In this document: positions 55,726 to 64,000 of the stretch, piece by piece | How the letters are laid out: each line of letters starts with the position of its first letter | Numbering within the stretch: the stretch's first letter is position 1 | NCBI RefSeq assembly: GCF_009914755.1 | Contig: NC_060937.1 | Strand: one strand, 5' to 3' | Length of the DNA: 64,000 nt | Source: the human T2T-CHM13v2.0 reference genome, Homo sapiens | Translations under genes and position numbers: made by a program | Notes under the pieces: generated by a model | Told to the model about the DNA's origin: nothing | Database searches by the model: none | Seen by the model: the letters and a program-made list of their open reading frames with translations, nothing else

Positions 55726-56657
55726 GCTGGTAACTGGCCATCGTTGGCTGGTGGGCTGCGCCCCCCCCCCCCCCGGCCCCGCCCCCTGCCCCTGCGGCTG
55801 CCAGGCCTGCTGGGTTGAGTCTCTCATTTGCTGACCTTTCCACTTGTATGTTTCTTCTCCTTCTGAAAGACATTTCCTTGACTTTATCTCCCAACTTTTC
55901 TACTAACATTTTTTATTTTGACCTACTTTGGCTATTTTTTTTTTAATTTCTAAAAGTTCTTTTTTCTCGTTATCTGGTTTCTCTCTGTTTCTTCCCTTTC
56001 AGTCAGTCCCTTCCTGTTTCTGGGAAGATTCCTCTCTTCCTGTGAACATTCATTACAGTTTCCTTGAAGGGTGCTTCCTTCCCTGCATTCACTGTCTCTG
56101 TTTCCTCTGAGTCCTCTTATGCAATTCTTTTTTTCCATGTTGGAGATTTACTGAAACATCATGTGATCTTTCAAGTGTGAGGCCCTCAAAATGACCAGGA
56201 AGTCCTGTGTGACTGCTGGGGCCCAGGGACATGCAGGTCTCGCCATGGGGCAGCCTGGTGATGCCCAGAAGTCTGAACCTGTTGGTCTCTTCTCCAGCAG
56301 CCGTGAGTCTCTCCAGAGACTCCTCCATCTGCTGCCTATCAGAGCAGTGTCCATCCTCACCTTGGCTCCTGTCCATGCTGGCCCTCTCCATGTTCTGGCC
56401 TCTTTGGTTCACTTTTCCCCAGAGAATAAGCCTCGGACCCCTGCAAGGATGGCAAGAGGGGTGGCCAGCTGTGATGGGGCTGGGGCCCCTAGGCCTGCAT
56501 CTGACTCTCAGACAGGTGGCTTGTCTACCACCTGGGAGGGTGCACTTGCCACTGGCTACTGGGATGGGACCTTCTAGTCTCTGCTGAAGCCCCACCCATC
56601 CTCCGTCTGCTCCCTGCCTTCATAATGGTGGCCTGGGGATAGGTGTCTTCTAGTTTT

Positions 56658-56959
56658 TTTTGTTTTGTTTTGTTTTTTAGACAGAATCTCACTCTGTCAC
56701 CCAAGCTGGAGTCCAATGGCACGATCTCGGCTCACTCCAACGGCCGCCTCCCGGGTTCAAGTGATTCTCTTGCCCCCGCCTCTCGAGTAGCTGAGGCTAC
56801 AGGTGTGCGCCACCATGCCCGGCTAATTTTTGTATTTTTAGTAGAGACAGGGTTTCACCATGTTGGCCAGGCTGGTCTCAAACTCCTAACCTCACGTGAT
56901 CTGCCTACCTCGGCCTCCCAAAGTGCTGGGATTACAGGTGTGAGCCAGTGCGCCCAACC
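56658..56959 (-). mobile_element. AluS with TSD
   Basis: TSD aggtgtcttctagtttt at 56641-56657 and 56960-56976. Confidence 0.96.
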
Positions 56960-58108
56960 AGGTGTCTTCTAGTTTTATTGAAGATGATGCTTGTGTTTCT
57001 TGTTCTCCTGGCTGTTTTGGAGGGATTTTTTTTCAAGAGAAGTGAGGCTGAAATAATTTTACTGTACTGCTTTGGACCTGGAATCTTTCCATGATGAGAA
57101 AAAGAGAGAGAGTGAGAATATATGAATGAATATCCATGTCCTATGCCCTGGGTTTCATATCTCTTCTTCTGAGTACTTTAAAATTACTAGAGAAAACAAA
57201 ACTGGAAGCTGGTTATTTGAAATGTTCTTTTTTTTCTTGTTGCTTGGTATTTTGTGCATAACTTTATTATTACACTTGGAGCAGCTTTTTTTTTTTTTTA
57301 GGGGCTGGTGATCATCCTATCTTTTCTCTATAGAAGCTATATATAATTCAGAATCCCAAAAAGTGTATATAAAAGAAACGTAAGCCTCGTCCAGTTTATA
57401 TTAAATTGCCTTTGTCTAAAATGGGCATCCACAGCTCCAAGTGTGTTTGGATTTGCGTGTTCTCTCGCCATGAAGCCTTGTTCTGACAGTGTGATCTATT
57501 AGCAACGCCTTTAAAGTGGCCTGGTTTTGATTATTTGTAAATATTATGGCCAGTGATGGCTTTTCTTCCTCAATTCTGAGTGTCTCACTACTAATTTCCT
57601 GTGCCAGAATACTTTTTCACCAATGTCCTGTCCTTAAAGTAGCTTAAGTTCATAAGGGACTTTTAAGTACCCATTTGTAGTTAGCAGATTTTTCAGATGT
57701 CTTTTGTTAGGAATACAGATTTTCTGAAAAAGCCTTTTGCTTTCTGAACACATGCCAAAAGATTGTGGCTTTGTCATTCACTTTAAGGAAGAATGCTACA
57801 GTGATTTTGATAGGAAATTGGGAGATTCAGAGGATATTCCTGGTTCTGATTGTGTCTGTTTGGCTCCTCAGGAAGAGGGAGAGCCTCACCTGCCCATGTG
57901 GAATCAGTCCAGGCCTCTGTTTACCTTGAGCAATGTCATTGGGGCTTCCTCTGTGGTGCTTAGGAAAGTGCCTTAAGACCTGGGTTTGTCTCACTGATCT
58001 CATAAAGCACTGGTGCTGGTGACAGATGTCTTCTGGTGGAAACACATTTTCTGGTTATAATCATCCCTATTTGTTAAGGATTTTTGTTTCTTTTGAAAAT
58101 AGGCTTTA

Positions 58109-58455
<347 letters not shown>

Positions 58456-58759
58456 TTAAACTTCCAGAAAGTGCCCTAGAAGCCATAATTTTCCATGATA
58501 AGAGACTAGAATGGAATGTCTTTCAGACTTTATCAATTGATGACAAATGGAGAAAAATAAAAGTTCATTTATGGCACTTCTGACCAAGCTCATTTCCCTA
58601 GATTGAATCTGAGTAATTGCAATGTCAGCTATCTAGGGTTGGCTCTTCAAACAAATAACCTGGAGTCATAAGCACACTGTTTATGAATTCCTCAAATGAA
58701 ATTCTGGGAGTGAGACACCACTCACCCTGCACATAGTCAAATCTTTTGTTGCCTGTAAT

Positions 58760-62260
<3,501 letters not shown>

Positions 62261-62439
62261 TATGACAGTCTTTACCCTGAGCATAATTACGTTTTTGTTG
62301 AGTGTAATGGAGCTTTAACTCATGTTATTTGCTGTCCCCTACTTTTGAACCTAATCGTGAATTTAGAAAATGTATAGAATTTTAATGTGCAATGGTAAAT
62401 TGTGTACTTATGTTTTATTAGGGGAAGTGATTTATTGAC

Positions 62440-63990
62440 AGTTCATTTATTGATTTATTTGTTTATTTTCTCATCAAATCTTTACTATGTTCCAAGGATA
62501 GTGCTAGGAACTGGAGATTTCGCAGAAATAGACTCGCATACTATTTAGTGGGGGAGAATAACGTGAAAAGAATTACACGAACTGATTGTATCACACATGA
62601 GCTATGTGCGCTGAAGGCAAGAGACAGATTTCCAAACACGCAGCAGAAGAAACTATGCCCCTTGGCAGATGGGGCCCCAGTGGCGGTTTGGGGAAGGCTG
62701 TCCTCAAGAAGTGGCATTTGAGTTGCCCTCTGACTGATGCATAGCTGTCGTAAGAGGAGGGGCATGCACCCCTAGACAGAGGGGCCCTTCAAGGCCTGGG
62801 GCAAGAGGAGGCCTGCTTTGCTGGGAGTGGCGAGGAAAGGCCTGGATGGGTAGTGCTGGAACCGAGGGGACGCGGAGAGACAGGCAGAGCCAGGCAGCAC
62901 AGGGCTGGTGGGCCCTTAGTTTGTAAAGGTTTTGATACTTTTCAAATTTTTAAGGGAAGAATGATATGATCAGTTCTGTGCTTTGAAAACAATACTCTAG
63001 CCATAGCGTGGAGAACAGATGAAATGAGCCCAGGATGGAGGATGTGAAGATGGTTATGAAACTCCCACGGTTGCCCATGGAGAGCTGTGGGAGCCTGGGC
63101 TGGAGTGGAGGCAGTGCTGACAAGGAGATGGGGATGGCACCAAGGGAGCCCAGGAGGGTGCGGCGGCGGGCAGACAGGGGGACAGTGATTTGGGTGACTC
63201 CTGGGTTTCTGGTTGCACAACAGGATAGATGGGGCGGTCGCCTGTGCTGGAGCCCTGGGCGAGGCTTACCTAGGTTTGGGGCAAGGAGATCAGGAATGGA
63301 TTCAGGGTTGGGTGTGTCGTTGGAGGCATCCGCATAGAGCTGTTGGAGCTTAGAGGCCCCCTGGACTGAAGCATACACGTGGGACTCGTAGTACAGAGAT
63401 ATGTACTGAAGCTGAAGGACTTGTGAGGTTTCTTACAGGGCAGTTAAAGTGCGAACGTGAGAAGGCCAAGGGCCAGCCTTGGGAAGGGTGGAGATGAATA
63501 ACCAGGTGGTGCTGATGAGCCTGAAGAGAGAAACTAAGGCAGGGTGGTCAGAGGCCATTAGGAGACGGGCAGTGACCTGAGGTCAGGGGACGAGAGTGCT
63601 GGTGTGTTTCTGAGAGGTCAGGTGAGTGCAATTCAGAAGATTGTCTGCTGGCTTGGGCCTGTGCTGGGTGGGAAGGAGGGTGCTATTCCTAGCTGTTCTA
63701 GGACAACTGGCCAGCACACACCCAGAGCCCACATACTGGAGCAATGCAGGCATGCCCAGGACTGAAGAGGGGGCTGGGAGGGAGCCTGGCAGTCGCAGAG
63801 GGGAGTGGAAATGTTGGAATAGAGTTGTGGAGTATGAGAGAGGGGTGGACTCAGTGAGGGGGTGGACCGTGAGCCCTGTGGAAACCCACCCATGGAGGGG
63901 TGCATGCACCTGTAGCAATTGGCAGGGAACTGAGCGGGAGATTAGGGCACTCATTAACTGTCTTGAATGTTTGGTTAAGAGGAAGTGATC
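62440..63990 (-). mobile_element. L2 LINE fragment
   Basis: ttcatttattgatttattt...tactatgttccaaggatagtgctaggaactggagat (antisense L2 3' end), followed by purine-rich L2 body motifs. Confidence 0.7.
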
Positions 63991-64000
63991 TTCAGTGAGG

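Overview
Primate genomic DNA, almost certainly human 13q34. The window holds about 46 kb of repeat-dense upstream sequence, the CpG-island promoter and first coding exon of ARHGEF7 (beta-PIX; N-terminal part of the calponin-homology domain, 47425-47589, + strand), and about 16 kb of intron 1. Most of it is transposon-derived: Alu, nested old L1M, a decayed full-length L1PA13-16-type copy, solo LTRs (MER11, LTR12C, THE1, MST, MLT), ERVL pol remnants, L2 and MIR. Nearly all other ORFs in the track are incidental. Five structures go beyond routine annotation. (1) An L1 3'-transduction with a twin-priming inversion inside one TSD (20506-21162). (2) A ~410-bp inverted insertion copied from two separate nearby segments on either side of it (29447-31172). 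(3) A non-repeat minus-strand stretch with coding-like codon bias that may be a decayed or unannotated gene (about 25.0-25.75 kb). (4) An indel-free 12 x 39-bp quasi-palindromic minisatellite (26114-26581). (5) A poly-Ala uORF over a GGC repeat just upstream of the ARHGEF7 start codon. Repeat family names come from recognition by eye, not a database search. No prokaryote-type system (CRISPR, operon) is present.
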